Positions 39,928-48,925 of a stretch of DNA of 64,000 nt are shown here, piece by piece. Source of the stretch: a virus; the IMG/VR virus record IMGVR_UViG_3300028920_000004, positions 31,765 to 95,764 of that record. One strand, written 5' to 3'. The notes beneath the pieces are model-generated. The model was given only the letters and a program-made list of their open reading frames with translations, ran no database searches and was not told the DNA's origin. Position 1 is the first letter of the stretch. Every line of letters starts with the position of its first letter. The position numbers were made by a program, and so were the translations under genes.

Positions 39928-42087
39928 CTATCCTTTTATTACTCCAAGAGGTTCAAGCTCTACTAAAATTTTTACTAAATCTTTTTGATTTTCCATTACT
40001 ATGTCTATATCTTTATACGCAGAAGACGCTTCATCGAGGTCTTTCTTATTTCTTATAGAATGTATAATTCCTTTATTATCTAATCTTTTCTTTTCCTCTT
40101 CAAGATTTAAATTTTCTCTTGCTTTTGTTCTACTCATAGTTCTCCCTGCTCCATGAGAACAAGACATAAAACTTTCAGGATTTCCCAATCCTTCAATTAT
40201 ATAACTTTTAGTTCCTTGAGAACCTGGAATTATTCCTATCTGTCCTTTTCTGGCAGAAGTAGCACCTTTTCTATGTACCATTACATTATGTCCGAAGTGA
40301 TTTTCCATAGTTGCATAATTATGTGCTATGTTTATCATTTCATCAAAACTATCTATAAATTCATTATAACAAAGTCCATTTACATTATTTTTTGTAATTA
40401 TCTCCAAAAAAGAGCCTTTTATTCTCTCCATCATCAACTTCCTATTAGCTAAAGCAAAATCTACACAATAATTCATTTCTCTCAAATAGTCTTGTCCTTC
40501 TTTACTATCTAAAGGAAGAAAAGCCAAATCCCATTTAGGGTCTATTTTTGTATGCCATTTCTTATTAAGTTCTTTCGCTATTTCGTTGTAATGTCTTGCT
40601 ACTTTATATCCTAAATTTCTACTTCCGCTATGAAGCATTATCCAAATATGTCCATCAGAACCTTTCTGTATCTCTATGAAATGATTTCCTCCTCCAAGAG
40701 TGCCTAATTGTTTACGAGCAGAATCAAATTCTTTGCCTACAATAGAATTTCTAAAATTTAAATTAACAGTTGGCATAAGTATACCATCTTGTTTTCTCTT
40801 GTGATGACTAAATCCTACTGGAACTACGCTTCTAATTCCACCTTTATATTCTTTCGAACCTCCGAAAATTTTCTTTATTTGTTCTGGTGTAATATCTGTT
40901 AAGGACGTTTTTACAGCACACATACCACAATTTCCTGTAACAAATATTTTTCCATTTCTTCTTGCAATAAAATATCCAGTTTCAACAACAAAACAATATT
41001 TTTTAGCATTAGGGATTTTTATTTCTTTTGGTTTAGTAAATCCAACATATTTATTGTTAGTTTGATATACATTATACCAATCCTTCCAATTTTCGTTTTT
41101 GCTTGAATATTGATGTATATTTGCACGAATACCATTTATTGCACAAATATATTGAATAACATCTGCATTTGTTTTATTTGTTGTAGAATATACTTTATGA
41201 TTTCTTTTTTCATCAATACAACCATCCCAATGTAAATATTCATCAAAAACTATTTTTGCTTGATGTTGATTACATTTATATAAATTAATTAAACTTTTTT
41301 CACACTTCCAATCTAATGTAAAAATTATAGATACTATTCCATCCGAATTTTTATATTCAACAAAATCAACATTAGCATTTTTTAATAAAAATTTACTTCG
41401 ATTTATTTTTCTTTGTTTTTTCAAATGTAATTCAACAGAAGAACTATCTTTATTAGATTGTCTTATACAACCATCTGCTGAAACCATAATCATAATAGCT
41501 AATTGATTATCAGTCAAATCAATTCCCTTTTCATTAGTTGGAAAAGTAGTTCTAACAGAATAATAATCTCGTTTTTTTATTTTTAATAATTTTTCTTTAA
41601 AATCTCTACAAAAATAAGTATTATTTTTTTTGTTTTTACCATATCCTTCATATACTAACATCCTGTGTTCATCGCTTAAAACTTGGTCTAATCCATATTT
41701 ACTTTTATATTCTGTAAATTGTTCACAAGGTTTTACAATATACAACAAAGGGTTACTAAAAAAAGAAGTTTGATTATAATTATCCCACACCAACACCTTT
41801 TGGTTATTATATTTATCTATTGTAATCCATCCAACTTCAGTTAATATTTCTGTATCTTTATCAACAGCTCCAATATCTACCCCTACTGCATTTGGTATTA
41901 CAACTCCTTTAGTAGCTAAAACTCCACCAATAGGCATACCATAACCTTGATGGCTATCGGGCATTATTGCTATATGCTTAAAAGTAAAAGGAAGATTAGC
42001 TAAATTTTTAGCCTGTTCTAATGCTCCTTCTTCAATATTATTGAGCCATAATTTTATAGGTTTATTTTCACTATTTATTACTTTCAT
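39928..42087 (-). CDS. rtcB: RtcB RNA ligase interrupted by an intein
   Basis: MPDSHQGYGMPIGG, VGVDIG/CGM, GTLGGGNHFIE, HSGSR, HN, HRKGA, PGSQG, SHGAGR, DEASSAYK. Confidence 0.95.
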   Translation of the reverse strand: MKVINSENKPIKLWLNNIEEGALEQAKNLANLPFTFKHIAIMPDSHQGYGMPIGGVLATKGVVIPNAVGVDIGAVDKDTEILTEVGWITIDKYNNQKVLVWDNYNQTSFFSNPLLYIVKPCEQFTEYKSKYGLDQVLSDEHRMLVYEGYGKNKKNNTYFCRDFKEKLLKIKKRDYYSVRTTFPTNEKGIDLTDNQLAIMIMVSADGCIRQSNKDSSSVELHLKKQRKINRSKFLLKNANVDFVEYKNSDGIVSIIFTLDWKCEKSLINLYKCNQHQAKIVFDEYLHWDGCIDEKRNHKVYSTTNKTNADVIQYICAINGIRANIHQYSSKNENWKDWYNVYQTNNKYVGFTKPKEIKIPNAKKYCFVVETGYFIARRNGKIFVTGNCGMCAVKTSLTDITPEQIKKIFGGSKEYKGGIRSVVPVGFSHHKRKQDGILMPTVNLNFRNSIVGKEFDSARKQLGTLGGGNHFIEIQKGSDGHIWIMLHSGSRNLGYKVARHYNEIAKELNKKWHTKIDPKWDLAFLPLDSKEGQDYLREMNYCVDFALANRKLMMERIKGSFLEIITKNNVNGLCYNEFIDSFDEMINIAHNYATMENHFGHNVMVHRKGATSARKGQIGIIPGSQGTKSYIIEGLGNPESFMSCSHGAGRTMSRTKARENLNLEEEKKRLDNKGIIHSIRNKKDLDEASSAYKDIDIVMENQKDLVKILVELEPLGVIKG
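40930..41868 (-). mobile_element. 313-aa intein with LAGLIDADG homing endonuclease; Ala1 start (class-3-like)
   Basis: Inserted in VGVDIG|CGM; begins AVDKDTEILT, ends KYCFVVETGYFIARRNGKIFVTGN; LAGLIDADG blocks IMVSADGCI and YLHWDGCI. Confidence 0.92.
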
Positions 42088-42434
42088 TTGTGGCTCTCCC
42101 CATAATATAATACCTTATGCGATAATGCTTTTTCAGCCATATCCTTAATATCAATTAAAAGATTTCTCATATTACTTGCCTTCTTAGTATTCATACCATC
42201 GTAATCAATTAACACCATACGGATATTATCTATTTGGTCTTTATAATATTTAGCAGTTCCAATTTTATGTATTTTAACTCTTTTCATCCCATCATCCCTC
42301 TTTTTCGGGTGTAGCTTCCCTCATACTCTTTTTCCCAATTATGCTGGCAGGCGGGGGAACACCAAAGTTTTTGTATGTATATTTTCTTTCCACAATAAGC
42401 ACATAGGCCTGGCAACAATTTAATCTTCTTCCTC

Positions 42435-42977
42435 TTACTCATGGGGAGTTCTCCTTAATAAATTGAAATTGTCTGGTTGCATTAACATTTTTCTCATTAT
42501 TTTATCTATGGATATGGGGGTGAAATTGTTACAATCAACGCCTACATCCATTTGTTTTCCTTGCGGTTTCAATAATCCATGTGAATGTCCATAAAGTTGA
42601 TACGAGTTAAAATGACTTTTACTCCATACTCGCATAGCGTAATGACAAAGTATTATCGGTTTTTCCTCATATTTAATTTCTTTTATGTCTGATATAGAGG
42701 AAAATAATCCTGAAATATTCTTGATTCTATTTTTGTAATCATGGTTTCCAAGTATAAGATGTATTTGTCCATTTAATCTTGCACGTATTTTCCGTACTAT
42801 ATCATGTCCGCCAAAGGCAAAATCCCCAAGATGATATACTGTATCTTTTCGAGTAATAACTTTGTTCCAATTAGTGATAATGGTTTCATCCATTTCCTCG
42901 CAAGTTTCAAAAGGTCGTTGGCAGTATCTTCGTATGGCATCATGATTAAAGTGCGTATCTGCGGTAAACCAAATCAC
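42435..42977 (-). CDS. Calcineurin-like metallophosphoesterase
   Basis: TADTHFNH, HLGD, GNHD, CHY, YGHSH, DVGVD. Confidence 0.9.
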   Translation of the reverse strand: MIWFTADTHFNHDAIRRYCQRPFETCEEMDETIITNWNKVITRKDTVYHLGDFAFGGHDIVRKIRARLNGQIHLILGNHDYKNRIKNISGLFSSISDIKEIKYEEKPIILCHYAMRVWSKSHFNSYQLYGHSHGLLKPQGKQMDVGVDCNNFTPISIDKIMRKMLMQPDNFNLLRRTPHE

Positions 42978-43246
42978 CTAATCATCTCCTTCACTATTTC
43001 CTCTACTCTTGTGAGGGCAGAGTTGTAATCAGAAGCTCCGCAAGTACATTCTCCGCATTTGTATGTTACATGGGAACAGGTACAAACTTTTTTCTCTCCC
43101 TTTATCCTCTCAAGTGATAGGGTACGGAATTCGGAAAGAGATTGGTCAACAGGATGCGTTCCCCCCAATAAATCACCCCTCTTGTATGCTTCATGATGAG
43201 ATATAAGATTCTCTAATATCTCCCTAACAGTCTTTGCCTTAGTCAT
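42974..43246 (-). CDS. Hypothetical Cys-rich protein (start reassigned to M48)
   Basis: GGAGGAGAGG upstream of ATG at 43246. Confidence 0.55.
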   Translation of the reverse strand: MTKAKTVREILENLISHHEAYKRGDLLGGTHPVDQSLSEFRTLSLERIKGEKKVCTCSHVTYKCGECTCGASDYNSALTRVEEIVKEMIR

Positions 43247-43730
43247 CTTCCCTCTCCTCCTCCAATAAATGTGGATATTCGTAGATATTGCCGATGACTT
43301 TAATATAACCAGCACACATTGTATTAGTAAGTACCTCACTATACTCGCCCGATTTTTGGCTCCCAGAGCAAGCCACAAATGAGCCATATTTTAATTTCAC
43401 TTCTCCTATGCGAGGTTTAGAAAATTTATAATCTGTTGAGATTATATCCCCTTCGTATATTTCCACCCCATTCTTGGCCTTGAGGCCGGTGTATTGTTTC
43501 CAATCAGCATTTATGTAAAAACTATTTTTGTCCTTTTTAAGGAAACTATCTTTAGTATAAACACCATCATTGAAGGCTATTTTGGGAGTCGGTTTATAAA
43601 AAGTCGGGTCGTCTTTGTTCCAAAGATGCCCCTCTGCACAATGCCATCCGTTTACCCAAAAATCTTGTAATGTGGCATAGACAAAATTTTTATTTATTTT
43701 ATTCCACGCCCGAAACTTAATCTCCCTCAT
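43239..43730 (-). CDS. YopX-family protein
   Basis: MREIKFRAW...QYTGLK..NG.EIYEGDI...VIGNIYE. Confidence 0.9.
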   Translation of the reverse strand: MREIKFRAWNKINKNFVYATLQDFWVNGWHCAEGHLWNKDDPTFYKPTPKIAFNDGVYTKDSFLKKDKNSFYINADWKQYTGLKAKNGVEIYEGDIISTDYKFSKPRIGEVKLKYGSFVACSGSQKSGEYSEVLTNTMCAGYIKVIGNIYEYPHLLEEEREDD

Positions 43731-44062
43731 ATCGCCCTCCCCGTCTCTTCCAAATACAACTCAAGCGAGTAGAGGAAGGAGGCCATGTCGAGGGGGGTAG
43801 CGGTGCGATGATAGCCATCGGGGTATCTTGCGAGAATAATACACCCTATAAAATAATCATCCAGGCGCCCGATTGGACAATCCTGACAACCTACCCCATC
43901 ATAAAACTTCCTACAAAGCGGACACTTCCACATATTCCAATCATGTCCCACCCCCTTCAAATCCTCCTCCATACACTTCTCCCTCGTCTCTCTCACCGCC
44001 TTAAGCTGTCTTTGGTATAGTGTCATTATATTACCTTTCCTTTCATTTTCTTCTTTCCGCAC
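43727..44062 (-). CDS. Hypothetical Cys-rich protein
   Basis: CPLC...CQDCP. Confidence 0.55.
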   Translation of the reverse strand: MRKEENERKGNIMTLYQRQLKAVRETREKCMEEDLKGVGHDWNMWKCPLCRKFYDGVGCQDCPIGRLDDYFIGCIILARYPDGYHRTATPLDMASFLYSLELYLEETGRAI

Positions 44063-44093
44063 CTGACTAGCCTACCCCCTGTATAATTAATTT

Positions 44094-44513
44094 TTAATAA
44101 ACATCTCTATTTTCTTCAATTTTTTTATCTTCATAAGGAGCAATTATTCTACGATAAATTTCTCTTTTACAACAATCTAATTCACCATAAAAATTTTCTT
44201 TCTTAACATTATTATTAGCATAAACACAATAAAATCTATTTAGAAGAAGTGGCAAATCTCCTTCATTCAATAAATTTAATTTTGTAAGATATTTTTTGTA
44301 GTTATTGTAAGAAGGTTTAACATATCTTTTACAAACCGCATACAAAATATAGTTCAAATCTCCATTTACATCAACTCCAGAATTATCCATTAGTTTAACA
44401 ATGGATTCTATCTCTTCATAATGATTACTAGCATCTCCCAAAATATCTAATCGCCCTATATATTCAACTATAATATTCATAGGTTCCCTATATGACATTT
44501 TTATATATGGCAT
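44094..44513 (-). CDS. Phage protein of the MPYI...GDLNY...YEDKKIEEN.DV type (DUF6899-like)
   Basis: Characteristic N- and C-terminal motifs, recalled from memory. Confidence 0.55.
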   Translation of the reverse strand: MPYIKMSYREPMNIIVEYIGRLDILGDASNHYEEIESIVKLMDNSGVDVNGDLNYILYAVCKRYVKPSYNNYKKYLTKLNLLNEGDLPLLLNRFYCVYANNNVKKENFYGELDCCKREIYRRIIAPYEDKKIEENRDVY

Positions 44514-44515
44514 TA

Positions 44516-44797
44516 TTATTTCTCCTCTTCTTCTTTATCTTTAACATCTTTTTCATCTGTTAATTTTTGTATAACCTCTATTAAATTTTTAACAGTTTTT
44601 CCGTTATCTATCAAATCGTCCATAGTTTCATCTTCAACTACAATATTAAAGGCTTCTTCAATATCTAAAATTACAGAAATCCATCCTCCTGCTTCAATAT
44701 TTAAATTTTGAAGTTTATCTTCTAACCCTACATCAAGAGCAGAGCCTAAATCTGTTACTTCATTTAAAACTTGTAATATTTTTTCTTTAACTGTCAT
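44516..44797 (-). CDS. Acyl-carrier-protein-like protein lacking the phosphopantetheine serine
   Basis: Acidic 93 aa; V.EKI..VL...L..LNIEAGGWISVILDIEEAFNIVVEDE...TVKNLIE. Confidence 0.7.
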   Translation of the reverse strand: MTVKEKILQVLNEVTDLGSALDVGLEDKLQNLNIEAGGWISVILDIEEAFNIVVEDETMDDLIDNGKTVKNLIEVIQKLTDEKDVKDKEEEEK

Positions 44798-44811
44798 AAA
44801 AAATTCCTCCT

Positions 44812-46256
44812 CTAATATCTCTCACTAAAATTAACATCTAATCTTTTCTTTTCTCCTGTTATTAGATAATTTTTTATAAGGTCTTCGGCAAAAAACCATT
44901 CTACTAAAGTATAATTAGTTTTATATTGTGTATTAAAAACATTTCTATTTATATTAATTTTAATTATACCTATTCCAGTTATAACCATTATTGCCGTTAA
45001 TACCATTAAAAGAAATATTAACACTTCAGAAAGGTCATTATTCATTTTATCCTCCTTGTTATTGCACTTCAAATCTTTGGATAATTGTTCCCTTTGGCAC
45101 TATTAATTCACAGGTTTTCTGAATTGGATTAATTTTATAATCACCCACTAATATTTTTTTCCATTTCCTATTTGATACTATATATACTCGTCTTATTTTA
45201 GGTTTGACATTATCATTCTCTATTAATATAGTAGATAGTGTTTTTATTTGTCCTCTTTTGTATTTGTTTTTTCCTATTTTTTCAAAGTAAAAATAGTATT
45301 CTTCTCCTTTAACACTTCCACTTCCCAAAACAAAATTACCAGATACTATCTTGCTATCTCTTACCGAAATTATAGGAATTTCATTAATTATTGTTTCATT
45401 AGGTAAAGCTATTATAATCAATGTAATAATATATACACTAATAGCAAATAAAATAGATACTGATATAACCGCCCTATCAATGCCATCCTCAACATCTATA
45501 ATCAACAATGAAATAAAAACTATCAAGGCTCCAAAAATCCATAATAACATTTTATCCTCCTATTTAAATAATGTTATGGTCTTCATCTTCTAGTATCTCT
45601 ATATTACATTTAGGGCATTTCCATACTAAGTTAACTTGGTGTTTCATCCCGTATTCGTCTATTTCCCAATCATCGTGTATAACTTCCATTTGTGTATTAC
45701 AATCAGGACATATCATTTTAAGCTCCTATTTAGAAATGATTATTCCACCTAATTGTTTTCTAGGAACTCCTCTTTTACTAGTTCCTGCATCTCCTCTTTT
45801 TCCACTTCTTAATTCTCCTCCAAATCTCGACTTCTTAGTTAAAACCCTTATTCCACCATTAGGGTCTAAAAATTCCCTATTACCTATTTGCTTATAACCT
45901 TCAATTTCCACAAGATATTTAGCATAACATTTAAAAGCTTCTTTATGATTAGCATGGACTTTATTTCCCATCAAAGCTTTTGTAGCCTGAATAGTATTTC
46001 CATTACAATATTTAGCAGGTGTTCCGCATACTATTCCAACTATAGCCATTATTTTCTTCTCCTATAATTTTTATAATATCTCATCATCATTATCTTTATA
46101 ATTATATGTAATTTGTATATTGTACAATCTATCTTTCAGACATTCTGATAATATATTTTCTAAGAAAAAATCATCCTCTAAATTAGCAGAAATATAACTT
46201 AACAAATATTCTTTCGCTTTTAATTTAGTTATTCTTAATGTGGTATATTCACTCAT
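44812..46256 (-). other. Small hypothetical ORFs incl. two membrane proteins (44812-45072, 45059-45550), 45726-46049 and 46071-46256
   Basis: ORF track plus GGAGG/AGGAG sites. Confidence 0.55.
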
Positions 46257-46267
46257 ATAATCCTCCA

Positions 46268-46334
46268 AACAAAAAATCCCTACAAGGACTGCCAAAAAAA
46301 GTATGTATAAAAATAGACAATCCTGTAGGGATTT
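46268..46334 (-). terminator. Long hairpin followed by a U-tract (terminator or processing site)
   Basis: AAAUCCCUACA-GGAUUGUC pairs with GGCAGUCC-U-UGUAGGGAUUU, with G-U pairs on the minus strand; then UUUGUUU. Confidence 0.55.
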
Positions 46335-46589
46335 CCTCTGCTTTATATCTGATTCCGAAAAGTTTTAAATGTCTTACCATTTTTATACCTTTAGGTAATT
46401 ATCTTTCTTCAAAATGGGATATTGATTTCGGTTCTTATTTCTTTCTATAAATTCTACACAATCTAAAATTTTATCCGTTTCTGGATAAACTGTAACTTTC
46501 TTATTCAAGAAATTTCTCTTATACCATCGGTAATAATACTCAATTTCATATCTCATATCTAAAATCTCCTGTATTTCATCGTCAATTAT

Positions 46590-46619
46590 ATTATAACACA
46601 CATACCCTAGGGTTGTCAA
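46590..46619 (-). promoter_or_regulatory. sigma70-type promoter
   Basis: TTGACA-18 nt-TATAAT with TG; AGGAG then ATG at 46556. Confidence 0.85.
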
Positions 46620-46744
46620 GAGGTAAAAAGTTACTATTTTATTCTTAACATTCGGGCTTATTAGCTCTCATCTTTTCCGATGTTATAGAGCTAAAGCAAT
46701 TTGGTTCTAAGTTACGTTAGTAACTTAATAGTTACGTTAGTATC

Positions 46745-46987
46745 TTATTTAATATTTAATATATATTGTTCGTGTTGATTTAAATTTTTTAGAGTTTTAG
46801 CACAAGTAATATGCCATCTTTTGTAAATTTTATGTTTATATTTTTCTCCATATTGATTTATTTTTTCTTCTCCGTATTCTTTAACCCTGCAAAAATATTT
46901 ATGACCTATTGGAATTGTTTTATTACAAGATTGACATTTCCAATTTTTTCTACTACTAATTATGTAACTACCAGTTTTATAATTCAT
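46745..46987 (-). CDS. Small zinc-finger protein (PARP-type-like)
   Basis: CQSC...WHITC. Confidence 0.55.
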   Translation of the reverse strand: MNYKTGSYIISSRKNWKCQSCNKTIPIGHKYFCRVKEYGEEKINQYGEKYKHKIYKRWHITCAKTLKNLNQHEQYILNIK

Positions 46988-47248
46988 TATTTAACCTTTC
47001 ATTTAATGTTTTTATATAAATTTAAAACAGTTTTTAAAGTATTTTTTATTTGTGATTTATGTCCACATACTAAAATAGGAATTTTAAATAAATTTTTATA
47101 TTTTTTTAATTGATTCGTCTTGAATTTCAAATTCTGATACTCTTTTATTTGGATTAGGATATTTAATAAAATTTTTCATTTTCTTTCTTCTTTTAAAATT
47201 CTGACAATTAATTCATAACGAAAGTTAAATTTTCTTATATAAATCTCC

Positions 47249-48052
47249 TTATATTTTTTTATGATAAATTTCCGCAATATCATCTACAGTTGCTTTTAAA
47301 TATTTTACAGTAGTTTCAATATTAGAATGTCCTAATAATCGTCTTATCATTTCAATATTAAATCCTTTTTTCAACAAATGAATAGCAAAACTATGTCTAA
47401 AAGTATGAGGGCTAAATTTTTTGTTATACATTTTGCTTAATCTTTCTATAGAACATTTTAGTGCAGGGTAAGAAATATTGAAAGCATTATGTTTTTCTGG
47501 TTCTATTGAAAAATATTTTTCTAAAAGATTTTTAGTTTCTTTGTTAAATAATACTTTTCTTTCTTTATCTCCCTTGCCTTTAATAAGAGCTTCTTTTTTT
47601 TCTAAATTTATATCTTCTCTTTTTAGGTTTATCAATTCTTGTATTCTTACTCCTGTATAAAATAAAAAATACATAATAGTTTTATACTTTAAAACATTCC
47701 TAGTTTTAGTAATTTCTAAATCAGGTATTAGTTCTTCTAATAGAAATTTTTCAGAAAAATAATTTGGTAATTTATTCTCTGTTTTTAATATTTTTGGAGT
47801 TTCTATATCTTTTTCTAAGAAATTTACAAAAGAATTTAAAGCATTTATATAAGTATTTATTGTAGAATTTTTATGATATTTTTTTAATTCTAAAATGAAA
47901 TTATTTATGGAATTTTTGTTGATTTTTTTAGGATTTTTTTGTAAAAATCTTTTAATATTTCCTGTATATTTTATGATGGTTTTCTCAGATTTTCCTTTAA
48001 TTATTAACCAATTTTTGAAATTTTTTATCAAAGTTTTTCTTATTTTTTTCAT
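47249..48052 (-). CDS. Tyrosine recombinase (compact XerA/XerD-like)
   Basis: TGVRIQEL, GKGDKER, PHTFRHSFA, LLGHSNIETTVKY (R-K-H-R-H-Y all present). Confidence 0.95.
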   Translation of the reverse strand: MKKIRKTLIKNFKNWLIIKGKSEKTIIKYTGNIKRFLQKNPKKINKNSINNFILELKKYHKNSTINTYINALNSFVNFLEKDIETPKILKTENKLPNYFSEKFLLEELIPDLEITKTRNVLKYKTIMYFLFYTGVRIQELINLKREDINLEKKEALIKGKGDKERKVLFNKETKNLLEKYFSIEPEKHNAFNISYPALKCSIERLSKMYNKKFSPHTFRHSFAIHLLKKGFNIEMIRRLLGHSNIETTVKYLKATVDDIAEIYHKKI

Positions 48053-48662
48053 TATTTTTTCCTATATTTTTGTAAAAAATCTCGTAATATATGTATTTTA
48101 TTATTATTATCAGTTTCCTCTAATATTAGCCACATGGTATAGATATATATCTCGGCAGGTATAAGCCCTTCCTTCATAAATTGGTTTAACTCTTTATCAT
48201 TAAACAAGTTAGATATATTTAATTTGGTATTAATTTCTTTAATGGTTTTATATGGTTTTTTTAATTTCTCTATTGCTATCTTGCCTAATAAGGAATTTAT
48301 CCATAATTCTGCTTCTTTTTTGTTAGATTTTTCTCGATTTTTTATTAATTTTTCTAAGAATTTTTTGTCTTTTTTTGATAAATTTTTGACATTTTTTTGA
48401 TAGTTTTTTAAGAAATTTAAGCTTTCATTTTCTAATTTTATTTTAAATTTTTTATTCATTTTTTGCTCCTTAAATTTACCCATTGTGTTGTAATATTAAT
48501 AGCTTCTTTCCAATTAGATGCTTGTCTTATTGCATTTGTAAAACCCCTTCTTGCAGGTTTTGAAGGAAATAATTTTCTTTTCATTTGACCATGTACTTTT
48601 CCTTCTATATCAATAGTATCTTCGCATTTTGATATATCAACAAAAAGATTGGGATATTTCAT
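48052..48662 (-). other. Two hypothetical ORFs (48052-48483, 48456-48662)
   Basis: ORF track; coupled stops and starts. Confidence 0.5.
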
Positions 48663-48674
48663 TTTAACTCCTAT

Positions 48675-48767
48675 TTATTTTAATAATTCTTTACCTTTAT
48701 TTTTAATGTTATACATAAGGTCTGCAAAAATTATTGATAATACTATGGTAGCTAATATATAATTCAT
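48675..48767 (-). CDS. 30-aa single-TM peptide
   Basis: MNYILATIVLSIIFADLMYNIKNKGKELLK*; AGGAGG upstream. Confidence 0.55.
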   Translation of the reverse strand: MNYILATIVLSIIFADLMYNIKNKGKELLK

Positions 48768-48789
48768 TTTTATCCTCCTATTTTTTACT

Positions 48790-48924
48790 TTAATTTAATA
48801 TAGTACCTGTAAATAAAATCATAATTACAATAGACAGAAAACATAGCCAATATTTTTTTAGAATTATCCCCAAACTAAAAAGTTGTCCTAATATCATCCC
48901 TATTCCTAGCCACATCAGTATCAT
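48790..48924 (-). CDS. 44-aa two-TM peptide
   Basis: MILMWLGIGMILGQLFSLGIILKKYWLCFLSIVIMILFTGTILN*; AGGAGG upstream. Confidence 0.6.
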   Translation of the reverse strand: MILMWLGIGMILGQLFSLGIILKKYWLCFLSIVIMILFTGTILN

Positions 48925-48925
48925 T

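Noticed and set aside
46646-46690. Hammerhead ribozyme on the minus strand (GAUGA...GAA)
   Set aside because: The core reads AAGAUGA rather than CUGANGA, GAAA is one A short, and stem I cannot form
47205-47235. dif-like site near the recombinase (CATAA...GTTAAAT)
   Set aside because: Spacing does not fit the 11-6-11 CATAA-N6-TTATG consensus
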